A stretch of DNA of 64,000 nucleotides from positions 1,216,001-1,280,000 of the forward strand of contig JBJBDL010000003.1 of assembly GCA_047285305.1 (NCBI GenBank). The letters run 5' to 3'. A program made the translations under genes and the position numbers. The notes beneath the pieces are model-generated. The model saw nothing but the letters and a program-made list of their open reading frames with translations. It ran no database searches and was not told the DNA's origin. The stretch's first letter is position 1; each line of letters begins with the position of its first letter. Of this stretch, positions 48,411-58,967 are shown in pieces. Source of the stretch: Synechococcus sp. Its GTDB lineage: Bacteria; Cyanobacteriota; Cyanobacteriia; PCC-6307; Cyanobiaceae.

Positions 48411-50188
48411 TGGGGGCCGTCGCCGACTGGCGCCGGGTCCGTCGTCTCGGTCGTTATCTCGTGCGGGATCGCCGGCGGCTGCTGGTGGCCCTGCTGTTGC
48501 TGCTGCCTTTGGCCTTTGCTGGAGCATTGCAGCCCGTTCTGCTCGGGCAGGCCGTCAGCGTCCTGCGCGGGGAGCCCAGTCTTCCCTTCCTTTCGGGGTT
48601 GAGCCTCTCTGCCTCGATCCGGGTGATCATCGGGCTCTACTTCGTTTCCGTGCTGCTGCGGCTCGGCCTGCAGGGGGTGCAGCAATTCAGCATCCTGGCC
48701 GTCGGACAACGGCTCACCGCCCGCATCCGCGACGACCTCTTTGAACATGCGTTGTCGCTGTCCCTGCGGTTTCACGACCGCATGCCGGTGGGCAAGTTGC
48801 TCACACGGCTCACCAGCGATGTGGATGCCCTGGCTGAGGTGTTTGGCAGTGGTGCCGTGGGGGTGCTGAATGATCTGGTGAGCCTGCTGGTGCTGGCCTC
48901 AACGATGTTGTTCATCGAGTGGAGGCTTGGCCTGCTTCTGTTATTCACGCAGGTGCCCGTCACCCTGGCCGTGCTTTGGCTGCAGCGCCGTTACCGCAAG
49001 GCCAATTACCGCGTGCGTGAAGAGCTTTCCCAGCTCAATGCCGATTTCCAGGAGAACCTCCAGGGCCTCGAGGTGGTTCAGATGTATGGCCGTGAAACGG
49101 TCAACAGCGCCCGTTTCCTGCGCACCGGCATGCACTACCGCAGCGCTGTGAACGGAACGATCTTTTTCGACAGCAGCATTTCAGCCTTCCTGGAATGGGT
49201 GGCTCTGGCCGCCATTGCCTTAGTTCTGGCCCTTGGCGGCTTGATGGTGACCAATGGCGCCATGGGTCTTGGCACTCTCACCACCTTCATCCTGGCCTCC
49301 CAACGCCTGTTTGATCCGCTGCGTCAGCTGGCGGAGCGTTTCACCCAGATCCAGGGTGGGCTCACGGCGGTCGAGCGCATCGGCGAGTTGATGGAGGAGC
49401 CCCTCGAGATCGCTGAGGCCAAAGGGGTTCTCCCCCACGTAAGTGGCGGTGGCGGCGAGGTGATCTTCGAGAACGTGAGCTTCGCCTATCGGCTGGACGA
49501 TCCGATCCTCCGCAACCTCTCCTTCCGCATCGCCCCCGGAGAACATGTCGCCCTGGTGGGCCCCACGGGGTCGGGCAAAAGCACGATCATCCGCCTGCTC
49601 TGCCGCCTGTATGAACCCCAGCAGGGGCGCATCCTTCTGGATGGACGGGACATCCGCACGATCCCGATGGCCGATCTCCGGCGTGAGCTGGGCGTCGTGC
49701 TTCAAGACACGTTCCTGTTCAGCGGCAATGTGGCCGACAACCTTCGGCTCAATGCGTCGGTGAGTGATCGAGAGCTGGCTCAGGTCTGTGCTGAGCTTGG
49801 TCTCAACGAGCTGTTGGCCAAGCTTCCCAACGGGCTGGAGACGGAGCTGCGCGAGCGGGGCGGCAACCTCTCCTCGGGCGAGCGCCAGCTGCTGGCGGTA
49901 GCCCGGGTGGCGATCCGCAAACCAACGGTTTTGGTGATGGATGAAGCCACCGCCTTCATGGACCCTTCAACGGAGGCGACGCTGCAGGCTGATCTCGATC
50001 GCCTGCTGCAAAAGCGTACCGCCATCGTCATTGCCCACCGCCTGGCCACGGTGGAAGCCTCGGACCGCATCCTTGTGCTGCGCCGCGGTGAACTGATTGA
50101 ACAGGGAACCCATCGCGAGCTCAGGGCCCGTGGCGGGCTCTACGCCCAGCTGGCTGATCTGCAGGAGCGGGGGTTGGCGCGACTGTGA
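48410..50188 (+). CDS. ABC exporter, fused permease/ATPase
   Basis: TM domain + GPTGSGKS, LSSGERQ, DEAT, IAHRL. Confidence 0.93.
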   Translation: MGAVADWRRVRRLGRYLVRDRRRLLVALLLLLPLAFAGALQPVLLGQAVSVLRGEPSLPFLSGLSLSASIRVIIGLYFVSVLLRLGLQGVQQFSILAVGQRLTARIRDDLFEHALSLSLRFHDRMPVGKLLTRLTSDVDALAEVFGSGAVGVLNDLVSLLVLASTMLFIEWRLGLLLLFTQVPVTLAVLWLQRRYRKANYRVREELSQLNADFQENLQGLEVVQMYGRETVNSARFLRTGMHYRSAVNGTIFFDSSISAFLEWVALAAIALVLALGGLMVTNGAMGLGTLTTFILASQRLFDPLRQLAERFTQIQGGLTAVERIGELMEEPLEIAEAKGVLPHVSGGGGEVIFENVSFAYRLDDPILRNLSFRIAPGEHVALVGPTGSGKSTIIRLLCRLYEPQQGRILLDGRDIRTIPMADLRRELGVVLQDTFLFSGNVADNLRLNASVSDRELAQVCAELGLNELLAKLPNGLETELRERGGNLSSGERQLLAVARVAIRKPTVLVMDEATAFMDPSTEATLQADLDRLLQKRTAIVIAHRLATVEASDRILVLRRGELIEQGTHRELRARGGLYAQLADLQERGLARL

Positions 50189-50688
50189 TCGCTCCTCTGC
50201 CCATGCCTGTTGATCCTCTGTTGGAGCAGTACGGCCAGGGGGCGCGTCTCTGCCCCTGCGCCAATGATCAGATCACCTTGGTGTTCAGCCAGGAGTACCC
50301 CTTCGATCTGGTGGAGCTCGAGCAGTTGCTGGAAGCGGTGGGCTGGAGCCGCCGGCCGATTCGCCGGGTTCGTAAGGCCCTCAGCCACAGCCTGCTCAAA
50401 GTGGGCCTCTGGCGGCACGACCCACGGGTGCCCCGTCTGGTGGGGTTTGCGCGCTGCACAGGTGACGGTGTGTTTGAAGCCACCGTCTGGGACGTGGCCG
50501 TGCATCCCCTGTACCAGGGCAATGGCCTGGGCAAGCAGATGATGGCCTACATCCTCGAGGCCCTTGATCAGATGGGAACTGAGCGGGTCAGTCTGTTCGC
50601 CGATCCGGGCGTCGTCAGCTTCTATCAGAGCCAGGGTTGGGATCTCGAGCCCCAGGGCCATCGCTGTGCCTTCTGGTACGCCAACTGA
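50185..50688 (+). CDS. GNAT acetyltransferase (Ycf52-like)
   Basis: VWDVAVHPLYQGNGLG, FYQSQGW. Confidence 0.88.
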   Translation: MIAPLPMPVDPLLEQYGQGARLCPCANDQITLVFSQEYPFDLVELEQLLEAVGWSRRPIRRVRKALSHSLLKVGLWRHDPRVPRLVGFARCTGDGVFEATVWDVAVHPLYQGNGLGKQMMAYILEALDQMGTERVSLFADPGVVSFYQSQGWDLEPQGHRCAFWYAN

Positions 50689-50697
50689 TCGGCCCCT

Positions 50698-51387
50698 TCA
50701 GCGCCGGTAGAGCCGCAACAGCTGCTCCGTTGATCGCCCCTGCCGCCACAGCCAGCGCAGCCGGGCATTACGCCAGGCCTGCACCAGCACGCTTCGCTTC
50801 TGCCAGCGCTCTGCGCTGGTGAGCAGGGCACAGTTCAATGAACGCAGGGGGGCGACCTGGCTCAGGCGTTCCACCAGGTCCAGGTCTTCCATCAGCGCCA
50901 GGGGCCTGTAGCCGCCCACGCGCTCATACAGCTGGCGCTGAATCAACAGGCCCTGATCGCCGTAAGGGCGTTGCAGCCAACGGCTGCGCAGGTTCACCAT
51001 CCGCTCCAGCAGCCACAGCATCGGCCGCCCATGCGTCTCCACCTTGAAGTCGAAGCACCAGGAGCTCAGGTGCGCCTTCGGCCTGTTCAGAATCGCTCCC
51101 ACCTTCTGGTGCCAGGTGTCCGGCAGGCGGCTGTCGGCGTGCAGCACCAGCACCCAGGCATGGGAGCTGTGGCCAACGCCCCAGCGCAGCTGTGGACCCC
51201 GCCCGGCGGTGGGGCTGTCGAGCACGGTGGCGCCGGCCAGCTGAGCCACCGCCCGGGTGTGATCCCTGCTGCCGCCATCCGAGACGATCACCTCCAACTT
51301 CCCCGGCCATCGCTGTAGATCCGCCAGCAGCAGCGGCAGCCTGCTGGCTTCATCCAGGGTTGGAATCACAACGCTCAGCCCTGCCAT
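50698..51387 (-). CDS. GT2 family glycosyltransferase (TIGR04283-type)
   Basis: LSVVIPTLDE, DGGSRD, LHADS, PYGDQG, LMEDL. Confidence 0.88.
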   Translation of the reverse strand: MAGLSVVIPTLDEASRLPLLLADLQRWPGKLEVIVSDGGSRDHTRAVAQLAGATVLDSPTAGRGPQLRWGVGHSSHAWVLVLHADSRLPDTWHQKVGAILNRPKAHLSSWCFDFKVETHGRPMLWLLERMVNLRSRWLQRPYGDQGLLIQRQLYERVGGYRPLALMEDLDLVERLSQVAPLRSLNCALLTSAERWQKRSVLVQAWRNARLRWLWRQGRSTEQLLRLYRR

Positions 51388-52016
51388 GGCTTCAGATCGC
51401 TCCAGTGATCCAGATCATTCCGTTGGGCCACGAGGGCCGATGACAGCTGCCGTCTCCGCGCCGCCTCCAGCGTTGCCTCCAGCACGCTGGGGCCGCCCCA
51501 GGGAATGCCGATCAGCGGCCAGAGCTGCGGGCTGCGGATCAGGGATGCGCCGATCCCCAGCAGCCAGTAGCCCCCATCGGAGGCTGGCCCCAGCACCAGG
51601 TCATGCTGCTCCAAGTGCTCAACGGCTTGCCTCAAATCATCGGGATTGAGTTCGGGCAGATCCGTGCCGATCACGAGGCAGGGCCTGTTGTGGCGATGGC
51701 CGTGCATCAATTGCCGTCGCAATCGGGTGCCGAGTTGCCCCCTCCCCTGCAGCCGCACCTGCCCCAGCCCCAGCTGTTGCCCCCAGCGAGTGGCCGCACG
51801 GGGGCCGAGTCCGCTCACTGCCAGCACCGGCTCGATCTCCATGGCGCCGGCGAGGCCCCGCAGCACCGCTGCGGTGTGCTGCGTGAGCCGCCGTTGGATC
51901 CTTGTGGCGCGTTCGCTGCTGTCGGCCAAGCCCAGCTCATGGTTGAGATCGCGGCTCAAGCGGCGTTTGCATCGGCCCGGTGATGGCCAGCGGGCCATCA
52001 CAACGATCTGCACCAT
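51375..52016 (-). CDS. DUF2064/TIGR04282-type glycosyltransferase-like protein
   Basis: ARWPSPGRCKRRL, IGTDLP, LGPASDGGYWL, DLD. Confidence 0.88.
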   Translation of the reverse strand: MVQIVVMARWPSPGRCKRRLSRDLNHELGLADSSERATRIQRRLTQHTAAVLRGLAGAMEIEPVLAVSGLGPRAATRWGQQLGLGQVRLQGRGQLGTRLRRQLMHGHRHNRPCLVIGTDLPELNPDDLRQAVEHLEQHDLVLGPASDGGYWLLGIGASLIRSPQLWPLIGIPWGGPSVLEATLEAARRRQLSSALVAQRNDLDHWSDLKPWQG

Positions 52017-52017
52017 C

Positions 52018-53145
52018 TCAGTTGTTGCGGGGCAGTTCCCACGGGCGCACCTGCACGGTGAGCTCCTCTCCGTTGCGTTGAAGGGTGAGCTGCATCGGTT
52101 TCCCCACTTGGCCGCGGTCCACGGCGAGTTGCACCTCGTTGGGGGTTTGAACGGGGTTGTTCTCCACCTTGAGGATCAGATCGCACTGGCGGATGCCGGC
52201 AGCAGCGGCCGGCGTGCCTTTCACCACCTCTTTCACCAAAACGCCATTCAGCTCGGGCACCGTGCAGGCGCTGTTGGTGGAATTGATTTCCCGCGCCAGC
52301 TGCGGCGTGAGGTTCATCAGCTGCACGCCTATGAAGGGATGGGAGGCCTGACCGGTGCTGACGATCTGTTGCGCGATCCGCTTGGCCAGGTTGATCGGAA
52401 CCGCAAAACTCAAGCCGCCACCTGGGGCAGTGCGGATCGCCGTGTTGATGCCGATCACCTGACCGGCGGCATTAATCAGGGGGCCGCCGCTGTTGCCGGG
52501 GTTCACCGCTGCATCGGTCTGGATGTAGGGAACTCGCTGGCCGTCACCGATTGCATTGAGGCGGCCGACGGCGCTGATGATGCCTGCCGTCACGGTGTTG
52601 TTCAGGCCGAAGGGATTGCCGATGGCAATGGCCCATTCCCCCGGCTTGAGCTGGTCGGAGTTGCCCAGGGCCGCCACCGGCAGGTTGTCGGTTACCACTT
52701 TCACCACCGCAACGTCGGTGAGGGGGTCGGTGCCGAGAACCTTGCCCTTGAAACTGCGTCCGTCCGGTAGGGTCACCGCCACCTGATCGGCACCACGCAC
52801 CACGTGCTCATTGGTGAAGATCAGGCCGCTGGCCCGGGTGATGAAGCCGGAGCCCTGTCCCTGCTGCCGCTGGCTGGAGGGACCAATCCCAAAAATCCCT
52901 CCGAAGGGGTTGGAGATCTCCTTCACCACATCGATGCGCACCACCGCTGGACCGACGCGATCCACCGCCTTCACGATCACGTTGTCCCCCGGTTGCAGAG
53001 GCGCATTGCGGGGCTGATCGTGCACCACCGGTGGCGCCGTCATCGGTGGCTTGGTGGTCAGACCCAGCTGGTCTCTTACCAGGCTGCAACCGGAGAGTGC
53101 ACTCCCGGCCAGGGCGATGGCGAGCCAATGCTGGGCGTTGGGCAT
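52018..53145 (-). CDS. HtrA/Deg family serine protease with PDZ domain
   Basis: GSGF, TNEHVV, DVAV, NPGNSGGPL. Confidence 0.93.
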   Translation of the reverse strand: MPNAQHWLAIALAGSALSGCSLVRDQLGLTTKPPMTAPPVVHDQPRNAPLQPGDNVIVKAVDRVGPAVVRIDVVKEISNPFGGIFGIGPSSQRQQGQGSGFITRASGLIFTNEHVVRGADQVAVTLPDGRSFKGKVLGTDPLTDVAVVKVVTDNLPVAALGNSDQLKPGEWAIAIGNPFGLNNTVTAGIISAVGRLNAIGDGQRVPYIQTDAAVNPGNSGGPLINAAGQVIGINTAIRTAPGGGLSFAVPINLAKRIAQQIVSTGQASHPFIGVQLMNLTPQLAREINSTNSACTVPELNGVLVKEVVKGTPAAAAGIRQCDLILKVENNPVQTPNEVQLAVDRGQVGKPMQLTLQRNGEELTVQVRPWELPRNN

Positions 53146-53228
53146 CACGACGAGATGTGTGCTGATGCATTTAAGACGGCCTGAGCGGATCGGCATGCGT
53201 AGATTCAGCGCTCGGGCGATGGGCGGTT

Positions 53229-54626
53229 TTGGCGCAGACGGGCGAAGAGCTCTGGATCAAGGTGCGGGATGGGTTGCAGGCGAAGCTGAGCAAGCCCACC
53301 TTCGAGACCTTCATTCGCCCCACGGGTTGCAGCAGCTTTGCCAATGGAGAGCTGAAGCTTCTGGCCCCGAATCCCTTTGCCAGCGTTCGTCTGCGGGAGC
53401 AGCTGCTGCCCACGATCGCCGAAATGGCCAGCAGCATCAGCGGTCAGCCCGTCCAGGTGACGGTTTTGGCGGAAACCGCCTTGCCACTGCCGGACGCTAC
53501 CGATGAAGCATTAGCCGCTGCAGATGCGGCGCCGCCTCCAGCGGCCCAGGAGTCGGCATCGGCTCCAGCGCGGAACGGCTCCCCACGCCGCTATCTGCCC
53601 GGGCTCAATCCCCGCTACGTGTTCGGCCGTTTTGTGGTCGGCCCCAACAGCCGGATGGCCCATGCGGCGGCTTTGGCTGTGGCCGAAGCACCTGGCCGGG
53701 AGTTCAACCCCCTGTTCATCTGCGGCGGTGTTGGCCTGGGCAAAACCCACCTCATGCAAGCCATTGGTCATTACCGGCTGGAAATCGATCCCGGGGCCCG
53801 GGTGGCCTATGTCTCCACCGAAACCTTCACCAATGACCTGATCCAGGCCATCCGCAAGGACGGCATGCAGGCCTTCCGCGATCGCTACCGCGCCGCCGAT
53901 CTGATCCTGGTGGACGACATTCAATTCATCGAGGGCAAGGAGTACACCCAGGAGGAGTTCTTCCACACCTTCAATGCCCTGCATGAGGCAGGACGTCAGG
54001 TGGTGATCGCCAGTGATCGTCCCCCCAGCCAGATTCCGCGGTTGCAGCAGCGCCTGATCTCCCGGTTCCAGATGGGCCTGATCGCTGACATTCAGTCGCC
54101 TGACCTGGAGACACGCATGGCGATTCTTCAGAAGAAAGCAGAGCAGGAGCGCATGTCGCTGCCCCGTGATCTGATCCAGTACATCGCCGGTCGCTTCACC
54201 TCGAACATCCGCGAGTTGGAAGGGGCCCTGACTCGGGCTGTGGCCTTCGCCTCCATCACGGGGCTGCCGATGACCGTGGAATCCGTGGCACCGATGCTCG
54301 ACCCCACGGGGCAGGGGGTAGAGGTCACGCCGCAACAGGTGATCGACAAGGTGTCTGAAGTGTTTGATGTCACGGCCGAGGAGATGTGCAGCAGCACCCG
54401 TCGCCGTGCTGTGAGCCAGGCCCGTCAGGTGGGGATGTACCTCATGCGCCAGGGCACCGACCTCAGCCTGCCGAGGATCGGCGACAACTTCGGCGGAAAA
54501 GACCACACCACGGTGATGTACGCGATTGAGCAGGTGGAGAAAAAACTGGCCTCCGACCCCCAGCTCGCCGGTCAGGTGCAGAAGGTGAAGGATCTGCTAC
54601 AGATCGATTCCCGCAAGAAGCGCTGA
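53229..54626 (+). CDS. dnaA: Chromosomal replication initiator DnaA
   Basis: [38 protein letters not shown]. Confidence 0.98.
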   Translation: MAQTGEELWIKVRDGLQAKLSKPTFETFIRPTGCSSFANGELKLLAPNPFASVRLREQLLPTIAEMASSISGQPVQVTVLAETALPLPDATDEALAAADAAPPPAAQESASAPARNGSPRRYLPGLNPRYVFGRFVVGPNSRMAHAAALAVAEAPGREFNPLFICGGVGLGKTHLMQAIGHYRLEIDPGARVAYVSTETFTNDLIQAIRKDGMQAFRDRYRAADLILVDDIQFIEGKEYTQEEFFHTFNALHEAGRQVVIASDRPPSQIPRLQQRLISRFQMGLIADIQSPDLETRMAILQKKAEQERMSLPRDLIQYIAGRFTSNIRELEGALTRAVAFASITGLPMTVESVAPMLDPTGQGVEVTPQQVIDKVSEVFDVTAEEMCSSTRRRAVSQARQVGMYLMRQGTDLSLPRIGDNFGGKDHTTVMYAIEQVEKKLASDPQLAGQVQKVKDLLQIDSRKKR

Positions 54627-55295
54627 TCAGCGGCAGGCTTTCTTGTCACCTTTCCAGCCAGGCATGTCCTGTGCAGCCGCAGAGCAGACCAGCTGGCGGG
54701 CTGCTGCGAGTGCCGGCTCCAGGCGCCTGGAGCTGAAGGGGGGCAGCGGTCGGCTGCGCAGCCAAGCACCCCAACGAAACTCGTGATACGGGATCAGGGG
54801 CTGAGGCTTGATCCACCCCTCCTGCTTCAGCTTCCACACAAGGCTCCGGTAGGGATCGTCGTCCAGTCCCAGAAGGCTCGTTGGCAGCTGCTCGGCCGGG
54901 CGGGGGCCGTTGCCTCGTCCGTCGTAGAGGTAGAGCCAGCCCTGGTTGTGCAGATAGGCCAGCACAGTGCTTCGGTCGGCTGTTGGGAGTTCATCCACCA
55001 CGTAACCCCAGGTTGTGGCACCTGGATCAATGCCGATCAGGCCTCGCAGTCGGTGGTGCCAGTCCAGCATCCACATGCCGCCATTGGCAGATCGGATCAA
55101 AGGGACCGGTTTGCCGCGCAGGTAGTCAAGACGTTGCTGACGGGTGTCCTGGGCGAAATCTTTCTCGCGCGACCAGATCTCCGCCAGTCCCACACACCAC
55201 TGGGTCGGCTGCAGCTGCGCCGCTGACACTTCAATCAGATCGGTCCCCCGATCGGGGGCTGGGATCGGTTGATAAGCGGGCAGCCGCAGGGGCAC
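54627..55295 (-). CDS. ParB-like nuclease-domain protein
   Basis: LQPTQ...DxHHR...DDPYRSL...EFRW. Confidence 0.75.
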   Translation of the reverse strand: MPLRLPAYQPIPAPDRGTDLIEVSAAQLQPTQWCVGLAEIWSREKDFAQDTRQQRLDYLRGKPVPLIRSANGGMWMLDWHHRLRGLIGIDPGATTWGYVVDELPTADRSTVLAYLHNQGWLYLYDGRGNGPRPAEQLPTSLLGLDDDPYRSLVWKLKQEGWIKPQPLIPYHEFRWGAWLRSRPLPPFSSRRLEPALAAARQLVCSAAAQDMPGWKGDKKACR

Positions 55296-55318
55296 GACTC
55301 AGCGTTGGCGCCCCCGCA

Positions 55319-56551
55319 CTATGACCCAATTAAGAAGGGTCGGGGATCCTGATCAAAGCGATCCCTCACCGGCAAGGGATTGGCCTGCTCAGGGCTATCT
55401 AGCTGGGCGGTGGCTTCAAGGGCCTGACGCAGCACACGAGCAGCCGGGAGCGGCATATCCCTTGGCACCGAAATTCGATCGCGCAGATAGCGCAGTCCAG
55501 CAGCACTCCCCGCTGGAGGCGGGCAGGGTGTGTTGTGAACCAACCGGGTGAGGGCACAGCGCAGGGGCTGGTCAAAGGCCGCAGCACCCATTGGGTTCAC
55601 GTCGCGCAGCCGTTGCTGGTGACGCAGCACCCGTCTCAGGGCGATGACGGCCTGATCGGCTTGATGGTCCTCATCCCAGCAAGCTTCGTCCTCGCCAAGG
55701 CCATCACCTCGGTCGATCCGTTCGGCTAGGCGCTTCGCTTCCTCACCATCGTCCGACCAGCAGCCGCCCATCTGGGGAGGCAGGTCATGGGCATGGGTAT
55801 GAAAGTCGCTTTGGGTGCCGCGGTAGGTCTCCAGTTGCTCCAGGGCACGGAACCAGCGGTCAATGGCTGGATGCTCAGCCCTCAGCCGGAATCCCTTGTA
55901 GTAAGCCAGCGAAGCATTCATCCGTTCCACGTAGGGAACGAAGATCAGATCCACGGTCTGCGGTTCCGGACCCCGCAGCCACGGTCCTCCGTCCTGGTTC
56001 AGCTCCCGTTCAAAGCGCCGGGCGATGTCTTGAAACTGCTCTCGGGCCAGAACCTGTTGCCTCGGACTCAGCCGTGGTGAACACAGCCAGATGCACCAGG
56101 CCTGAAACAGCAGCCGTTCAAGACGGCGCAGCTCTAGAGCTTCCGGCTCTGTCATCGCCATGCCCAGAGGGCCGAACTGCTGTTCGAGAGCCAACAGGAT
56201 GTCGTCGCTTTCGGTGATCAGCCGCTCGTTGAGCTCCAGTGCCGGCAACATCCCCGAAGGCACTTTTTCCAGGAACCACGGCTCCTTCTGGCCGTAGCAG
56301 CGCATGGTGACTTTGCGGATCCGGTAGGGGATGCGCTTGAACTCCAGCCAGAGCCAGACTTTTTGGCAGTAGGGGCACCAGGCGTGGTGGTCGCGGTACA
56401 GCGTGACCATCACGTCGGATTCAGGCTGTCCGAACAGGCGCAACGCGGCCTGTGCATTTGTCGGCCCCTCAATCCGATTCGGTTCCGGCGTCGCCAGGCT
56501 GGCCAGTTCCGACCAACTCAGGGGTTCAGCTGATTCCGATGAAAGGGGCAT
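55319..56551 (-). CDS. Glutathione S-transferase family protein
   Basis: WCPYCQKVW, VPSGMLPAL, TESDDI, RDRISVPRDM. Confidence 0.88.
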   Translation of the reverse strand: MPLSSESAEPLSWSELASLATPEPNRIEGPTNAQAALRLFGQPESDVMVTLYRDHHAWCPYCQKVWLWLEFKRIPYRIRKVTMRCYGQKEPWFLEKVPSGMLPALELNERLITESDDILLALEQQFGPLGMAMTEPEALELRRLERLLFQAWCIWLCSPRLSPRQQVLAREQFQDIARRFERELNQDGGPWLRGPEPQTVDLIFVPYVERMNASLAYYKGFRLRAEHPAIDRWFRALEQLETYRGTQSDFHTHAHDLPPQMGGCWSDDGEEAKRLAERIDRGDGLGEDEACWDEDHQADQAVIALRRVLRHQQRLRDVNPMGAAAFDQPLRCALTRLVHNTPCPPPAGSAAGLRYLRDRISVPRDMPLPAARVLRQALEATAQLDSPEQANPLPVRDRFDQDPRPFLIGS

Positions 56552-56771
56552 GAAGGATCGGCGCAAGCGTTGCCCGTCCATAGGACTGCCAGTCACCCAG
56601 TTCGTGCATCAGCGCCAGACAGTCCTGCTGGCGGCCCTGATCAGCCAACTGCTTCAGCCGCAGTTTCATGTCGTCGCTGGTGATCATCATCACGATCTCG
56701 CGGCGTTGCGATCGTTTGAGGCGCAGCTCAGGTTCAGGCGGCTGCCTGCGGCGCTTGGAAGAACGGTTCAT
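56526..56771 (-). CDS. Small hypothetical protein
   Basis: 81-aa ORF between GST and gor. Confidence 0.5.
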   Translation of the reverse strand: MNRSSKRRRQPPEPELRLKRSQRREIVMMITSDDMKLRLKQLADQGRQQDCLALMHELGDWQSYGRATLAPILHAPFIGIS

Positions 56772-56885
56772 GGTTTAAGGACGCGGTTGAAATACGACCG
56801 ACTCGTCTTGGGCCTTTTGGCCCCCTTCCCCGGACCATAACGCCATCTTTACGATGACGCCCGTCGTCTCGAGCACCCTTCTGTT

Positions 56886-58244
56886 ATGGGCGCTGATCTG
56901 GATCTGATTGTTCTTGGGGCGGGGTCTGGTGGACTGGCCGCTGCGAAACGCGCGGCCCGTTATGGAGCCCGCGTCGCAATCGTCGAGGGCGACCGCGTTG
57001 GCGGCACCTGCGTGATCCGCGGCTGTGTTCCCAAGAAACTTTTGGTGTACGGCGCCCAGGCCCGCCATCAACTGGCGGATGCCTCGGCCTACGGCCTTGA
57101 GATCGGTTCGGTGCGTTCGGATGTGCCTGATCTCCTGCGTCGGGTGCGCGCCGAAGTGGATCGGCTCAATGCCCTCCATATCGGATTTCTGGAGAAGGCC
57201 GGAGTTCAGTTGATCTCCGGTTGGGGACGCTTCACGGCAGCAGATCGCATCGGAATCTCCGATCAACGCGGTGGACCCGTGCGAGAGGAACTCTCGGCCC
57301 CGCGCTTTCTGGTGGCGGTTGGTGGCCGGCCGGCCCGGCCGGAGTTTCCTGGGGTTGAACACACCTGGGTCAGTGACGACATGTTCCTGCTGGAGGATGT
57401 CCCTTCCGCCGTGGTGGTGGTGGGTGCAGGTTTCATTGCCTGTGAGTTCGCCTGCATCCTGCGGGGCCTTGGTGTTGCGGTCACCCAGGTGGTGCGTGGT
57501 CCGCGCTTGCTGCGCGGTTTTGATGCTGAGTTGGCCGATGCCGTGCTGGGTGGCATGCGTGAGCAGGGCATTGAGGTGATGTTGGAGCAGACGCTGGTGG
57601 CTGTGGAGGGAGAGCCCGAGGCGCTGACGGCGCGGCTGGAGAATAGTGAGTCTTTGGCTTGCGGCGGTGTGTTGATGGCCACCGGGCGTCGCCCCTGGCT
57701 TGCGGATCTTGGGCTGGATGCTGCCGGCGTAGCGGTCGAGAACGGCCGCATCATGGTCGATGCCAACTCCTGCACCTCGGTGCCCCACATTCATGCCGTC
57801 GGCGATGTCACCGATCGGGTCAACCTCACGCCTGTGGCCATTGATGAAGGTCGTGCTTTCGCCGACAGCGTCTTCGGGTCGCGTCAGCGGCAGGTGAACC
57901 ACGACCTCGTGGCCAGTGCCGTGTTCAGCGATCCAGAGCTGGCGACCGTGGGCCTATCGGAAGAACAGGCCATCGAACGCCACGGCGTCGATGGTGTTGT
58001 TGTGCATCGCGCCCGCTTCCGGTCCATGGCGCGGGCCCTGCCCGCTTCCGGCCCCCGTTGTCTGCTCAAGTTGGTGGTGGAGAAGGCCACCGATCGGGTG
58101 CTGGGCTGCCACATGGTGGGCGAGCATGCCGCGGAGATCATTCAGATGGCGGCGATTGCCGTGGGGATGGGCGCCAACAAGGCCGATTTCGATCGCACCA
58201 TGGCACTGCACCCCTCTGTGTCAGAGGAGTTCGTGACGATGTAG
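56886..58244 (+). CDS. gor: Glutathione-disulfide reductase
   Basis: GAGSGG, GGTCVIRGCVPKK, LTPVA, HPSVSEE. Confidence 0.96.
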   Translation: MGADLDLIVLGAGSGGLAAAKRAARYGARVAIVEGDRVGGTCVIRGCVPKKLLVYGAQARHQLADASAYGLEIGSVRSDVPDLLRRVRAEVDRLNALHIGFLEKAGVQLISGWGRFTAADRIGISDQRGGPVREELSAPRFLVAVGGRPARPEFPGVEHTWVSDDMFLLEDVPSAVVVVGAGFIACEFACILRGLGVAVTQVVRGPRLLRGFDAELADAVLGGMREQGIEVMLEQTLVAVEGEPEALTARLENSESLACGGVLMATGRRPWLADLGLDAAGVAVENGRIMVDANSCTSVPHIHAVGDVTDRVNLTPVAIDEGRAFADSVFGSRQRQVNHDLVASAVFSDPELATVGLSEEQAIERHGVDGVVVHRARFRSMARALPASGPRCLLKLVVEKATDRVLGCHMVGEHAAEIIQMAAIAVGMGANKADFDRTMALHPSVSEEFVTM

Positions 58245-58331
58245 TGATCTGGCAATCCTTTCGACAGTATGAAAGGTGAATGACAGTGCATATCTGGCGA
58301 TCTAGACCACGATTAGATCGATATATATGAC

Positions 58332-58967
58332 GTGGAATCATTCATGCAGAGTCGAGGTCATAAGGCTGATTTTGCTCACTTTTTGATTGAATCAGGCGAG
58401 CAGTTGCTCAGCCTTCTTTGGCCTACAGCTGATGCTCGCCGGGCAGCGTCCTTAGAGATTATTGCTCGCACGGCCTACACGGCTGAGGAAAGTGCTTGTC
58501 ATTACCTTGAAACGATTGGACTCGATCAGAGTGGTGCTATTCGTAAAACTCTGGAGCTGGCACGTCGGCAGGATAGTAATGAGCAGACGCATGAAGACAT
58601 TTTTTCTCGTGATCTTGGTGGATTGTCTTTATGGATAGATCGCTTTGTGGCAAGGCATGTAGCTGTCCTTGTTTATTGGATATTTGCTCTTACTACCTTG
58701 TTGGATCACGAGTTGGCCTCTTTGCTTGGAGAAGCTGTTGAGGCCGAAGCTGTCAAAACGTACCGGCGCATGCTTCTGGAGCAGCCAGAGGAATGGTTGC
58801 AGCAGCCCGTAACTCCGATTGCAACAGCCTATTGGAGAAAAGAGGGAAATATGTGGGCTGCCCGTGATGAATGTGAGCCAAAAACTCTTCGAGATGTAAT
58901 CGAATTAATTGCCAGAGATGAGTTGGACCATGTGGCGGCTAATAGCAAAAAAGCAATTGCTTTTTAG
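58332..58967 (+). CDS. Divergent plastoquinol terminal oxidase / alternative oxidase family diiron protein
   Basis: LEIIAR, NEQTH, WIDRFVARH, VEAEAVKTY, RDELDH. Confidence 0.8.
   Translation: MESFMQSRGHKADFAHFLIESGEQLLSLLWPTADARRAASLEIIARTAYTAEESACHYLETIGLDQSGAIRKTLELARRQDSNEQTHEDIFSRDLGGLSLWIDRFVARHVAVLVYWIFALTTLLDHELASLLGEAVEAEAVKTYRRMLLEQPEEWLQQPVTPIATAYWRKEGNMWAARDECEPKTLRDVIELIARDELDHVAANSKKAIAF

Noticed and set aside
53150..54700. oriC next to dnaA
   Set aside because: No intergenic space or DnaA-box cluster seen on either side
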